DNA of 47,141 nucleotides from Nemertoderma westbladi (GCA_032718475.1 JAUCBJ010007867.1:1-47141), one strand, 5' to 3'. Shown: positions 36,336-47,141, counted from the first letter of the stretch. A program made the numbers and translations. The notes: a model not told the origin generated them from the letters alone.

Positions 36336-38604
36336 CTACTAGGATCGGCATGCTGCATTGCAGCTGCATTTTTAAGAATGCTGTGCCGGCTTGTCAACAA
36401 AATTGCACCGCCACAACTCCCTATCACCCATGACATTTGCTAGATCATCCGCATATTTAAGGCCAGTGTCCTTTAAGATGCGTCTCAAGAAAGTCATGGG
36501 CTGTCCACCATGCTTATTCACTCCATGAGGCTGCCAAAGTACAAGATTATGCACTGGCTGGTCCTCACGGCGAAAGCAATGTCCTGCAAAGCGGAGGCGA
36601 TTTTGTTCTAGTGTCAAGCTTGGGGGAACCAATGAGACACCTCCAATGTTATATAGTGTCTGGTTGGAGATGTGTGCATTGTACTTGACACAATGAACCC
36701 GGCGTAGCATTCTTGTGAATGTGCCATCCAGAGATTTGGTGTCCTCAGCAGTTAGAGCCCAGCATGGACTCCCGTAGAGGAGTACTGGAACTACTGCTGC
36801 TCTAAATAATCGGACCTTAAGTTTCCGATTAATTCTAGGTGACTTCCAAATCCTGGAAAGCCTATTCAAGGCTGCCCATGCCTTTCCCTTACGTATTCGA
36901 AGGTCCTCACCTGACTTCCGGATCCATGATCCCAGGTAACAGAAGTCGTCCACATGCTCAAGCATACCATCCTTTGAGCTTATGCTCATCCGATCAGAGA
37001 CTTGCTGAGGACTTTCAAAGTTAACTGTCAGAATTTTGGTCTTTCTGGAGTTAATAAAAAGACCAACACTAGAAGCAGCATGTTCTAATGAGCTGAGGAG
37101 CCGCTGGGCTCCCTCTAATGATTCTGAGAGTACTCCTAAGTCATCAGCAAAGTCTAGATCAGTTAGGTACTTGGCAGGATTTCCGCGACTTCTGGAGCCA
37201 GTAGGTGGAGTTATCATCACCCCATCATCATTATGATGATCTAAGGACATGCGTAGAACATAGTCAACCACAATAATGAACAAGAATGGTGCAAGTGTGT
37301 CTCCTTGGAGGACGCCCCATAACACTTCAAATGGTTCTGTGTCACCGTCAACAGTAGACACAAATGTTGTCGAACCATCGTATACTGATCTGATTGCTGC
37401 AATAATTTCATCAGGAATCCCATATAATGAAAGTATGCTGAACATACGTGAGCGAGAGACTGAATCAAAGGCCTTGAAGAAGTCAACAAAGATAACAGCC
37501 AGATGCCTGTCTTTATTTTTTGATAACTCTTCAATTATCCTTCTAAGTGCCAAAATGGGCTCCATGGTCCCACGACCTTTACGGAACCCATTCTGATTTC
37601 CACGTAGCAGTCTCTCAATGGGATCCCTGATGCGATTTAATAGAATTCTATTGTATAGTTTTGCAGCAATCGAGATCAATGAGATTCCCCGAAAAGAACC
37701 ATAGAGTGTTAGGTTGCCCTTCTTGGGAACTGGCACCAACTTATTAGTTTTCATTTCTTGTGGGACTCTTGTTGTTCGGTACATGTCTACTATGATGGGA
37801 TAGATGAGCTTTAAACACTCAGGTATTTTAAAGACGTCAGGGGGAACACCATCTACTCCACTGGCACGATTGGTCTTAATGCTCTTTGCAGCAGCCTTCA
37901 CTTCTGCAAAGGAGATATCGCCAATGGGAATATCTGGGAGTACAGACTCAGACACTTTTACTTCTATAAAGTTATCAGGCAATACCCTGTCATTATTGAG
38001 GAGCTTTTCAAAGTGGGCTTTCCAACCATTGAGGCGATCGGCTGGTGATTCAGCCTTAACCTTGGTGGTTGGTTGGCTTTTCCGCCCAGTAAGCAGATTG
38101 ATCGATTTCCATGCCTGGGATGATTGCCTGCTGTCGTCAGCATCATTGATGGCATCAACCTGTTGGTTTATTAGCTCCTGTAGATTAACAGAGTACTGCC
38201 TGTTCAGGGACCTAGATGCAGCTTTAACTGCATTCTTGGCCGCTGTAGTCTGTTTGAGTGGGGACTCTTTCTGCGCCTTATGAAGGTCATTTCGGCACTT
38301 CTGAATTTTGTTGTCAGTCCAGGGGGCCCTTTTCCTGTTTCGAGGGTATACAGGAACAGTTTCTGCAGCTGCTAACTTAACTGCTTCTGTAAAGGCAGTA
38401 TAGCCCTCACAGTGATCTGCCGCCTCAGAGGCAAGAGCCTCATACCTGTTGCTCAGCTGTAGTGTGAAGCTGGATCTCACACTTGGCTGTTGCAACAGAG
38501 AGGACCAGTCATGCCGTGGCAAGGCAGATTTCGTTGTTCTGCTAGCACGCAGACTAAGTCTTACCTTGGCCACAATAAGGCGGTGATCACTGATCCGTGA
38601 TCAC
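36336..38604 (-). mobile_element. 5'-truncated RTE-clade LINE
   Basis: 12-bp TSD aatatgtatata at 36324-35 and 38605-16; short (TAG)n tail; starts at the SDHR motif that ends the APE endonuclease. Confidence 0.92.
36372..38573 (-). CDS. Non-LTR (RTE) reverse transcriptase ORF, N-terminally truncated
   Basis: PVPKKG, FRGISL, QNGFRKGR, FVDFFKAFDSV, GVLQGDTLAPFLF, FADD, YLGS; open for 733 codons. Confidence 0.93.
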   Translation of the reverse strand: MAKVRLSLRASRTTKSALPRHDWSSLLQQPSVRSSFTLQLSNRYEALASEAADHCEGYTAFTEAVKLAAAETVPVYPRNRKRAPWTDNKIQKCRNDLHKAQKESPLKQTTAAKNAVKAASRSLNRQYSVNLQELINQQVDAINDADDSRQSSQAWKSINLLTGRKSQPTTKVKAESPADRLNGWKAHFEKLLNNDRVLPDNFIEVKVSESVLPDIPIGDISFAEVKAAAKSIKTNRASGVDGVPPDVFKIPECLKLIYPIIVDMYRTTRVPQEMKTNKLVPVPKKGNLTLYGSFRGISLISIAAKLYNRILLNRIRDPIERLLRGNQNGFRKGRGTMEPILALRRIIEELSKNKDRHLAVIFVDFFKAFDSVSRSRMFSILSLYGIPDEIIAAIRSVYDGSTTFVSTVDGDTEPFEVLWGVLQGDTLAPFLFIIVVDYVLRMSLDHHNDDGVMITPPTGSRSRGNPAKYLTDLDFADDLGVLSESLEGAQRLLSSLEHAASSVGLFINSRKTKILTVNFESPQQVSDRMSISSKDGMLEHVDDFCYLGSWIRKSGEDLRIRKGKAWAALNRLSRIWKSPRINRKLKVRLFRAAVVPVLLYGSPCWALTAEDTKSLDGTFTRMLRRVHCVKYNAHISNQTLYNIGGVSLVPPSLTLEQNRLRFAGHCFRREDQPVHNLVLWQPHGVNKHGGQPMTFLRRILKDTGLKYADDLANVMGDRELWRCNFVDKPAQHS

Positions 38605-38889
38605 AATATGTATATAAATTTTGTTTGTTGTTTTGAATAAAGGGAAGGTGTGTCTATTTAATTTCAGTAATTACTGCACTTAATGACTCATTGTATCAGA
38701 ACTACAGTTTTCCAAACATTGTCAAAGTAAAAAAAATTTTGTTCAAATTTGAGATTATACAAAAACTTAACAAATAATAAAATTTGTGAAATTTCGCTGG
38801 GATGAGTTGCTCTCATCTATAATTTGTCCACTAAAACAAATATTTCGTCCAAAGTGCGAAATTCAACTTCAGGAGCTTAGCTTTTGTGT

Positions 38890-38925
38890 TTGGGACTCCG
38901 GAGTCCCGCGTCCTCAATGGGTTAA
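38890..38925. mobile_element. piggyBac-like terminus; decayed partner at ~36265-36295
   Basis: gggactccggagtcccgcgtcctcaatggg|ttaa; inverse-related ggacagcgggactccc left of the RTE insertion. Confidence 0.4.
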
Positions 38926-39103
38926 GCTAGCAGCGTAATTGCTGTAATATCTGATAACTTTGGAAAAATGGTAACCTGAACTTTTTCAAGTCACAAATAT
39001 TCCATTCTCATTGACTCTGTGTTAAACAGGATTAATGTAATTGGTTGTTGCTTAGTAGCAGCTTTCTCCAACCACATCACTTGTTTTAGGCCCTCACACG
39101 GAG

Positions 39104-39198
39104 TAACTTGTTTCTGGAACTTGTATCCGAAACTTGTTTCTGCAACTTATTTCCGAATCTTGTTTCTGCAACTTGTTTCCGAAACTTGTTTCTGCAAT
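39104..39198 (+). repeat. ~14-bp tandem repeat
   Basis: aacttgtttctgc / aacttgtttccga units. Confidence 0.8.
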
Positions 39199-40416
39199 TT
39201 ATTGCCCCCTCACACACAGAAACTTGTTGAAGTTTAGATGTTGTAGTACATAGAAGCGGCATGCAGTCTTGCTACCACCTGTACTCCTAAAATGTCCCGC
39301 TGATATCTACAACACAATGACGTGAACTTTAAATTAGCAGTCCCACGTCTGCTAGTGCCTTTAATTATTGTCATTAGAATCACCTAATTCAAGCGCATTC
39401 TTATTGGTTGATATTCAAATATTTTAATCGTCCAATCAGAGACTGCTTGAAATTAGGATGTTCCAACACCCCCTCCTTTTCACCTTGTGTGTACTTAACA
39501 TACTGACATAAGATCAGCTGATTTTAATGTTCTTTCAATTTTCTGACTGTTTGAATGTTTGATGTCAGATCAGTTTACTGCTGTACTGGCAGACTGGTAT
39601 ACTGCATACCTGCATACAGCAGTACAGGTTTACTACAGTACTACTGCACTGACAGTACAGGTAGAGTGTAGTGTAGTACATGTATAATAGGCCTATTCAA
39701 TATTCATATATTGCTGTATCTGTGTACAGGTGTATTGTATCATTATATCCTGTGTGGTCCTGCTGTCCTGTGGCAGTGTGGTGTAGTTCTGTAGTCAGGT
39801 AGTACAGTACCGGTACAGTCTGACAGTAAGTAGGCCTACTACATTTACGTTCTGCAGTAAGTAGGCCTACCGCCCTACCGGTCTCAGTCTGCCGCTAGTC
39901 AGGTAGTAGGGTAGGGCAGTCAGGGAGAATTTCAAATTCTGAAATTTCAACTGAGTTAAAATTTAAAACTTTTTTTTAAATTCAACTTTTAAGTTGTAAA
40001 TTCAACTCTAAAACGGAATGCATGAGGCGCAGAAGGCCCCGAAGACGTGACAGAAGGCAGGAAGGGGTGTTTTTATTGTTTTTATGGATGTAACTCGAAA
40101 AATTAACCCTCATTCAGTCATTACCGATGGAATAAAAACTTTCACCGTCGGGAACACTTTTTTGTAAAACATTGTAGGCCTAAGTGATTACATTTACAAA
40201 TTAGCTGAAATACTACGGGAATTTATTAGATGTACCGGTATTTAATTCAGTAATTACTAATTACCGCTGATGCAGGAATGTCATAATTATTATGCAATGG
40301 AATACCAGTAACAGAGTAATGGATTCCAATTCCATATTTCAGTATTTCCAAATCTACTCCAAAAGTTGAATTTAAAAAAAAGTTGAATTTTAAACTCACT
40401 CCAAACAGCCAAAAGT

Positions 40417-41770
40417 GGGTCCTACTAAATACTGCAAAAAGCACAAAACAAGCACAAAAAAAGTAAAAAAAAGCACAAAAAAAGTAAAAAAAAGCACAAA
40501 AAAGCAAACTGATAGCTGTTTATTGAGCTTGTAATAGAACAGATGATAGAAGCAATATCATGTACAGGTAGTGCAGTAGTGCTGTAGTGTCTAGGCTACC
40601 GGAAGGATAATCACATGTCCAGTATGCTTTCATGTCATATAGCTGCCAGTGAGTGAGTACCAGCACGAGCACTTACAGCCCTACCACATATATCAGGCTA
40701 ATGTCAGAATTTAAAGATGATTCAATTCAAATATCAGGATATAACTTATAATACTGTAATAGACTTTGTTATTGTCACATTATGTCAACTTATCAGCGTT
40801 CTGGTTAATTACTTGTAACACTGCTATAAGTTTTATTCCCACTATTGCTATCATTTTATTATAAATAAATTCGAAACTCTGATTGCGGTGCTCCCACTAC
40901 CAGACTACGGCTATGGGTACCAATTCTGATACGAAAGCCAAGTAAACAAAGCCAGGGGAGATGTAGCGACGCAGCATAGGCGCTTGTAAACTGGATATGT
41001 CAGTGTTGACCGAAATTGCGATTATTCTGTTATTGGAATGCCTTTATTCACCGATAAATCGACATACTGTACAATTATCACATCACGGTCTGCCCGAACC
41101 TCTCGAGTGGGCGATCGATAACGTCTGAGGACAAGTATGATGATATTGGTCATACTCGCTTAGGTCGGAACTGCCTTGGTTACGATATCTGCGTCTGTTG
41201 GAATGTTGGAAACACAGTTCCTGTCTGGGTTTAACCACTGCTGTTGTAACACTACTGTATACTTTGAAATTTCTATAACTGCCAGATTGTTTGCAATGTT
41301 GTTTAGGAGTTCATGCGTACTTATCTTATATGTCAATATTCTATTTTATTTTACATTAATTAACGACCCCCATGAGTGCCTTAGATCCTGGGTGTTCTTT
41401 CCCACGATCGTAATTTACTGTAGTTTTATTAAGCAATTAATCTATACTGTATGTGTTTTATTATGTTTTTTTTATAGTGATTTTAATTACAAATACACTT
41501 TGCAGTATTGTGGCCTTTACATACTTTAGGTCGGAACGTTGCAAATTAATCAATCATAGGCGTATGGGTTACCTTCGTATGTAGGGGGGGGGGGGGGGGG
41601 GGGGGGGGTGTCTGTAACAATATCTCTCATATTTTCGCCCCCCCCCCCCTCCCATCTGCCCATGTCTCTTGATGTGAGAATGTTTTTTTGTGCTTTTTTT
41701 TTTACTTTTTTGTGCTTTTCTTGACTTTTTTGTGCTTGTTTTGTGCTTTTTGTAGTATTTAGTAGGACCC
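40417..41770. mobile_element. Inverted-repeat-bounded segment (~90-bp arms), probable MITE remnant
   Basis: gggtcctactaaatactgcaaaaagcacaaaacaagcacaaaaaaag at ~40417-40505, inverse at ~41685-41770. Confidence 0.6.
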
Positions 41771-42695
41771 CTCCAAAACTTGAATTTTAATAAAAAGTTG
41801 AATTTTAAAAAATAAAAATTATGAAAATAGAACTTCTCCCCGACTGTCTGACTGTAGGGAGGGATATCCATATCCATTATCCAACCTGCCAACAACCCCC
41901 ATACGCATACAGCCATAGGGATTGTTCCCATTGGAATAATAGTGAGTGGGCCTATAAAGTATATACGTCTGGAACACACCCCACGCCCACCCCTCCTACT
42001 ACTGGTGGATCGTAAATCGTATTGCTTTTGTAAATAAAGTGATGATCCGGTGTAGAATATCTGAATATGGGCACTTATAGGAAAATCCTCAATGATGCCA
42101 GTTGGGCAGCATTCGGATTATTAATTACAACAAAATACTGATATACCGTATTACCGTTCCCGTTCATATGCGCACCTCTGGCAAAATTAAGGGAAAGGAG
42201 CAGGTTACAGTGGCGGTCAAAGGGCAGACGGGCGGTTCTAATCAAAACAATAACTGAATAAACGAAACGAAACTATATTTCTTAGCAGCTTAGTCAACGA
42301 AAATGAGCAAGTTACAGTCTGACTGTGGCTGGGAAACAAACAGACAAAACAATAAACAATGACTCAATAACATTGGCTCAGGGGTTGCAGTCTTAATAAT
42401 AACAGAATAATACGATAGGCTAATAATATATAATGATATAATACGAAAATACCAGAGGTGCGGATATAAAGTTTCACTTTATTCCTTATTACCTACATTT
42501 ATATCATTACTACATACTTCCTTGCAGGGTATAATCTCTATAATGCTATTTCTGCCGTAATATTGTTGTGGTTTTTACATTAAATCTAGAATTGATAAAG
42601 TAGCTAGCTACAAGCTGTGCGAGTTCCAGTGATGCTATGCAGTGTTCTTTGTTGATCTTATTGCGAATTATTATTTAATCTTTTATCATCTGATC

Positions 42696-45600
42696 ATGGG
42701 AGTAAAAAACTTATGGGATATAGTTTCGTGTTGCGGCAAGCAATTGACGCTTAATCAACTCGACGGCAAATTGCTTGCCATTGATCTCTCCACTTGGATC
42801 GTAGAGGGCAAAACCTGCACGACATCCAACAAAGTAACCAACCCACATCTACGCAACATATTCTTCCGGGTGCTACACCTACTGCAGGTGGGGGCTGTAC
42901 CGGTGTTTATACTAGAAGGCGAAGCCCCCTCGCTGAAACGCGACACAATCCGACAGCGTGTCGCGGTGCGTTACGGTCGCACTAACGCGGGTGGTGGCGA
43001 CCGTAGACAACTGAGATCGGCCACCAAGTTGTGCTGCGAGATGTTAGACAGTCTGGGCGTGCCGTACCTCCAGGCGCCGGGTGAAGCCGAGAGTTACTGC
43101 TCTAAACTGAATCGTAAAGGATTGGTAGACGGCGTGGTATCCAATGATTCCGATACGTTCCCGTATGGCGCGCGATCCGTTTATAGAAATATATCGGCCA
43201 ATCAGCAAACGAGTAAGTCTGCCAACGTCGAGGAATACCTGGCCGACGATATCGAACGGAAATTAAGTTTAAACTTCGAGGGATTAGTCGCTATGGCTTT
43301 GTTATGCGGTTGCGATTATTTGCCTAAAGGGGTACCTGGTGTTGGTAAGGAACAGGCTTTGTCTCTGTGCCAAGAGTTATATGCAGCTGGGGTTGGGATT
43401 CTAGAACGCTTGCGTAGTTGGAAGTCTTCCGACTGTCCGGCTTATCTCACAATCAACGTGGGGAAACAGCCACCGCACTGCACACAGTGCGGGCACCCTG
43501 GAAGCAAAAGGGAGCACTCCCGTGGCTCCCGCTGCGGGTACTGTGTCGGTGGGAGCTGTCGACAGGAGACGGGTGCCGTGTGTCTGTGTGTCTGGCACTG
43601 CGATAAGCGAGAGATCGACTCCCACAGAGTGGAGCGCTCAATCAGAGATAAAGCGATACTGTTGGAGGATTTCCCTAACGAGGAAGTAATTAACGAGTTT
43701 ATGTTGGACATAGAGACCCACGCTATCCGAAGGCACGACTTGGTTTGTAAAGCCCCTGATTACCCCCCATTTAAACGGTTCACTCAACGCCACATGGACT
43801 GGGAACCCCCTATTGTTCTAGAACGATTCCTTTTAGTTGCGGCTTCCTGGTGTCTGCGTTCCAATGAATGCGGGTTGATTACGCCCCGGAGTATCGTTAA
43901 GATGCGGGTATGTCGATCGATCCCAAGTTACCAGATAGAATGGGAAGTGCCGTCCCTGTGGAAGGATCACTTAGCAGAATACAATAGGGACAATGAGTGC
44001 GAAAATTCCATCGAATGGCATACTAATGAACGGCAGTGCCTCGTGGAGTCAAGGTTCCCCATTTTGGTTTCCCAGTTTAGCGATCGTCTGGCCTCTGCGA
44101 AGGCGGAGAAAGAGGCTGGGAAAATGGCGAAACGGAAGGGGAAAGTGGTTAAACCTAAGCCGAAGGCTACGTTGGATAAGTTCTTTCGTGGCGTGTCGGA
44201 TGAATTGGGGAGTCTTATTGAGTCTATGAAACAGGTTGATGTGTCTGGTGTTGAGAGCCCCCCGTCTAGTCCCATAGCCAGTCCTCCATCTACTCCAGGT
44301 GCCAGTCTAAGCTCCAGTCCGTCGGCTAATCCCTCACACCCGCGCAGTAGCCCCGCTTTATCCAGGACACAAAGCGTCCAATCGATTTACAGCAGTGGCG
44401 TTTCCTGGACACAAAGCGTCCAATCGATTTACAGTATCAGTGACAACGAGACGCAAAATGAGCTAAACATAGCAACCTTCTCTAACTACCAATTAGATCA
44501 AATAGAAGGTCATTCGCTTTCCACCGAAACCCGGGACACTAACCTTAATTGTGACATTGATTTAGGAATCAGCGACCTTCTTAATGAAACATGGACCTCG
44601 CTATCATCAACTCTTAATGACAAGAAAACTAAATTAAATTCATTAGTTAATCCGGTTCGTGTATCCGAAGGTACCGGTAGCGCATTAGATAGCTGTCCAA
44701 GTGACACTCTACATAATACCCTGCGGGATATTTCTGACACCTTATTAAATACAATATCCCGAAGCAATCAGCCAAACCTCCAGCCTCCACCGTCTCCGCC
44801 CACTAAACAAAGCCAATCCGCGGGATATACTGATGGAGAGATTGATTATAATTCCCACCCGACGGGCCTCCTACCTAACCTTTACACCTCCAACCATCGC
44901 GTATTTCCAGCTTCCCCCTCTGAACTCGGCGCTTCTTGGCCGGTTGATTCTTCCGTAATCTATTTCTCCGACCTCTGTGCCTCGGGGATATATAACCCAG
45001 CCGATATTAATCGCCTATCATCTTCCGTACTCACCCCTCCACCCTGCCCAACCCGTGTTATTTCAACACCATTAGATTCCCCATTGCCAATTAACAGCCC
45101 CCGGGTTTTACGTTATTTTCTAAGCTCTGACGTGAGTTCTATATCAACACCTGGAAACACTATTAATAATGATATATCCCCAATGGAATCTCGCCCTATT
45201 TCAGTGTCCGAAATCACTCACTTAGCAGTCGCGTCTCCATTAGCCAACCCCGTAGTACATAGCTCAGCACCCCGTCTGCCTTTAACCCCGGGAGGCCAAC
45301 TCTTATCTACTTCCTTTGTGGACGCCCTGTGGGCCAGCGAGGTCCGCCCCAGTCCGGTATTCCTAGAGGGACGCGCTAAAAAGTTCCGGCGTTCCGGCAC
45401 TGCCCGTAATTTAGCTAATTTACTCGTCAGTATGACAGCTCCATCGGATTCCACATCTTTAGACGGCACTGTTTTGTATGCAAACTGCGATCTGAAACCA
45501 TTGACTCTCGAGACTAAAGATCAATGTTTTTCTTCCAGTAAAAATATATGTGATTCAACGTCTTCTGATAAACAATTATCGGGGAAGACTTGTTTACCCG

Positions 45601-46415
45601 GCAGTTTAGCAACGGATCACACGCAGGCTTATTCACAATCGGTACCTTATAGTGAAGTCCTAACTGGCTACTCAGACTCGACGAGCACACGGAATTATTC
45701 TTGTTCTATCGACGATGATGTTCTCATGGCTAACACCCAGCGGTACACAGTCAACTCAACATCGTCGGTGGTTGATGATGATAATGATATTGAGGAGTTG
45801 GCTTTCGCAGAAACTCAAGCTTACGGATGTGCCGGTAATTATTTAGCTTTTAATAATCAATTATCTGGGGGGAAATCGTATTCAGATTTTAAGTGTAGAA
45901 GGAGAAATTCAGAAGTAGAACGCTTCGCAAAAATCTATACCGAATCAAATCTGATTGACAGCCAATCTGGTCGGTCGAGTCGGACTGACTTCTCCAGTCC
46001 ACTGCGTGACTTTACCAATAGGAACCAATCCGTAATTCCAGAATACAGTTCCTGGATTAACAACTGCTCATTCGATATATCCACACCCAATGTAGTCTGC
46101 CGGGCAACCGCATCCAACTCGCCTCCCCTTGTTGGCCCAACTAAAGCGGTTAGACCGTCCAAGGAGAATCGCTACCATTCCGCAGACAGTGACTACTGGG
46201 TAGACCCGTCTCGGTCTTACAGCCCGAAGTCTGTGCTGCCCGAGGTTGGGCTGGGTACCGCCCCAACCCCCCAGCTGCGGGGGTTCAGAGAGTTTCGGGC
46301 TGCTAAACGGTGCCGGGAACCAGATAGTCCGGTTGTTATGTCGTTGAAGGAAGCATTCCTAATACTCTGCCTACCAATAATACTTGAATATAGTAGTGGC
46401 GTTATTGTACTTTAA
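42696..46415 (+). CDS. GEN1: GEN1 Holliday-junction resolvase (XPG/Rad2 family), intronless
   Basis: MGVKNLW, AIDLS.W, PHLRNIFFR, EG.AP.LK, GEAE, SNDSD.F.YGA, GCDY..GVPGVGKE.A, HC..CGHPGS..EH Cys-rich insert, FP..EVI.EF, chromodomain-like segment, long Ser/Pro-rich tail. Confidence 0.93.
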   Translation: MGVKNLWDIVSCCGKQLTLNQLDGKLLAIDLSTWIVEGKTCTTSNKVTNPHLRNIFFRVLHLLQVGAVPVFILEGEAPSLKRDTIRQRVAVRYGRTNAGGGDRRQLRSATKLCCEMLDSLGVPYLQAPGEAESYCSKLNRKGLVDGVVSNDSDTFPYGARSVYRNISANQQTSKSANVEEYLADDIERKLSLNFEGLVAMALLCGCDYLPKGVPGVGKEQALSLCQELYAAGVGILERLRSWKSSDCPAYLTINVGKQPPHCTQCGHPGSKREHSRGSRCGYCVGGSCRQETGAVCLCVWHCDKREIDSHRVERSIRDKAILLEDFPNEEVINEFMLDIETHAIRRHDLVCKAPDYPPFKRFTQRHMDWEPPIVLERFLLVAASWCLRSNECGLITPRSIVKMRVCRSIPSYQIEWEVPSLWKDHLAEYNRDNECENSIEWHTNERQCLVESRFPILVSQFSDRLASAKAEKEAGKMAKRKGKVVKPKPKATLDKFFRGVSDELGSLIESMKQVDVSGVESPPSSPIASPPSTPGASLSSSPSANPSHPRSSPALSRTQSVQSIYSSGVSWTQSVQSIYSISDNETQNELNIATFSNYQLDQIEGHSLSTETRDTNLNCDIDLGISDLLNETWTSLSSTLNDKKTKLNSLVNPVRVSEGTGSALDSCPSDTLHNTLRDISDTLLNTISRSNQPNLQPPPSPPTKQSQSAGYTDGEIDYNSHPTGLLPNLYTSNHRVFPASPSELGASWPVDSSVIYFSDLCASGIYNPADINRLSSSVLTPPPCPTRVISTPLDSPLPINSPRVLRYFLSSDVSSISTPGNTINNDISPMESRPISVSEITHLAVASPLANPVVHSSAPRLPLTPGGQLLSTSFVDALWASEVRPSPVFLEGRAKKFRRSGTARNLANLLVSMTAPSDSTSLDGTVLYANCDLKPLTLETKDQCFSSSKNICDSTSSDKQLSGKTCLPGSLATDHTQAYSQSVPYSEVLTGYSDSTSTRNYSCSIDDDVLMANTQRYTVNSTSSVVDDDNDIEELAFAETQAYGCAGNYLAFNNQLSGGKSYSDFKCRRRNSEVERFAKIYTESNLIDSQSGRSSRTDFSSPLRDFTNRNQSVIPEYSSWINNCSFDISTPNVVCRATASNSPPLVGPTKAVRPSKENRYHSADSDYWVDPSRSYSPKSVLPEVGLGTAPTPQLRGFREFRAAKRCREPDSPVVMSLKEAFLILCLPIILEYSSGVIVL

Positions 46416-46684
46416 TAAGTGCGGACATTTCATCTTACTGTAGTTACGTATTCGTAATGTAATACGGGCAGTAAGGGAAGAGAAAAAGAATTGTTTCTCG
46501 CCGTCGCACTAAATATATAATATAAGTAATTACGTAATAAATGCAAATATATTGCACTAATCTACTAAATAATCGCTAAAATAACATGCTACTAAATAAA
46601 ATTAAATAAAACGATTATAATAAAATTACATAATAATACATACATAAATATAAAATAATAAGAATATAAAATAATATGGTCACA
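46345..46684 (-). mobile_element. Putative 3' LTR of the BEL/Pao element at the window end
   Basis: Minus strand: purine-rich ggagtgggtg just after the pol stop, then TG start at 46684 and an AT-rich body; the 46345 boundary is a guess. Confidence 0.35.
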
Positions 46685-46702
46685 CACCCACTCCATATGT
46701 TA

Positions 46703-47141
46703 CTAAGCTGGGGAGTCCCTAGATGTTTGTTGGATTAGGGAGGTGGTCGTGGGAAGAGTATCTTGCCTCCCATAGTTTCCGGAGAGTTCTCTGTCTCTTT
46801 CCAGTAAACATAAGCGACCAACTGGGCGATTGAGCTGCTGCATCTCGAGGACAATTCCCGGTTTCTTGAAGTTACGTCGCATGACGACGAGTTCTACCGA
46901 TCGCACCAAACCGTCATCCGAGATGTGAGTCTCGATGATACGACCTGTCTGCCACCGCTTACGTGGAAGATCTACATCCACAATAAGAACCATGTCTCCA
47001 GCGCTGACGTTTTCTTGCTGCGCAAACCACTTAGTTCGAAGTTGTAGCGTGGGCAGATAATGTTTTTCGAAATGGTCAGCGAAACGACGGGATAACAACT
47101 GCATGAGTTGCCAAGTTTGCCGGCAGTATTCGTCTCCGTCT
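46703..47141 (-). CDS. pol: C-terminus of BEL/Pao Pol (post-integrase DUF5641-like domain), runs off the window
   Basis: YLPTLQLRTKW....NV..GD.VLI.D..LPR..W..GRI.E.....DGLVRSV.+...RPV.RL..L. Confidence 0.92.
   Translation of the reverse strand, partial: DGDEYCRQTWQLMQLLSRRFADHFEKHYLPTLQLRTKWFAQQENVSAGDMVLIVDVDLPRKRWQTGRIIETHISDDGLVRSVELVVMRRNFKKPGIVLEMQQLNRPVGRLCLLERDRELSGNYGRQDTLPTTTSLIQQTSRDSPA

Noticed and set aside
41118-41545. Possible degenerate hammerhead / Penelope pLTR (ctgaggac...gtcggaac; ttaggtcggaac twice)
   Set aside because: GAAA core is altered to GGAA and I could not build stems I and III
20832-46162. Short antisense or overlapping ORFs inside PMM, INTS6, RTE and GEN1
   Set aside because: Shadow frames of real CDSs, no independent motifs
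25434-46415. Functional cluster of genome-maintenance genes (TRAIP, INTS6, GEN1)
   Set aside because: Three genes across 20 kb cannot be told from chance without synteny data

Overview
Repeat-rich eukaryotic window, most likely from an invertebrate animal. Host genes: a short phytochelatin-synthase-domain gene, phosphomannomutase, a TRAIP-like RING ligase, INTS6 (one 492-bp GT-AG intron) and GEN1. All are nearly intron-free. Mobile DNA: a BEL/Pao gag with no pol behind it (start of window) and the 3' end of a BEL/Pao pol (end of window); a decayed Polinton/Maverick/adintovirus-type cassette (Zn finger + protein-primed PolB with EndoVII motif, plus a PC4-like gene); two 5'-truncated RTE LINEs with TSDs; several MITEs, including a nested cluster upstream of INTS6; and two large satellites. 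The most notable non-coding structures are (i) two tandem minimal type I hammerhead ribozymes with cleavage sites 354 nt apart (retrozyme / Penelope pLTR-like) and (ii) a TSD-flanked 323-bp insertion carrying a complete-looking ~109-nt Pol III unit (TATA, A box, B box, T5) with a perfect 60-bp inverted repeat. All calls come from reading the sequence by eye; no searches were run.
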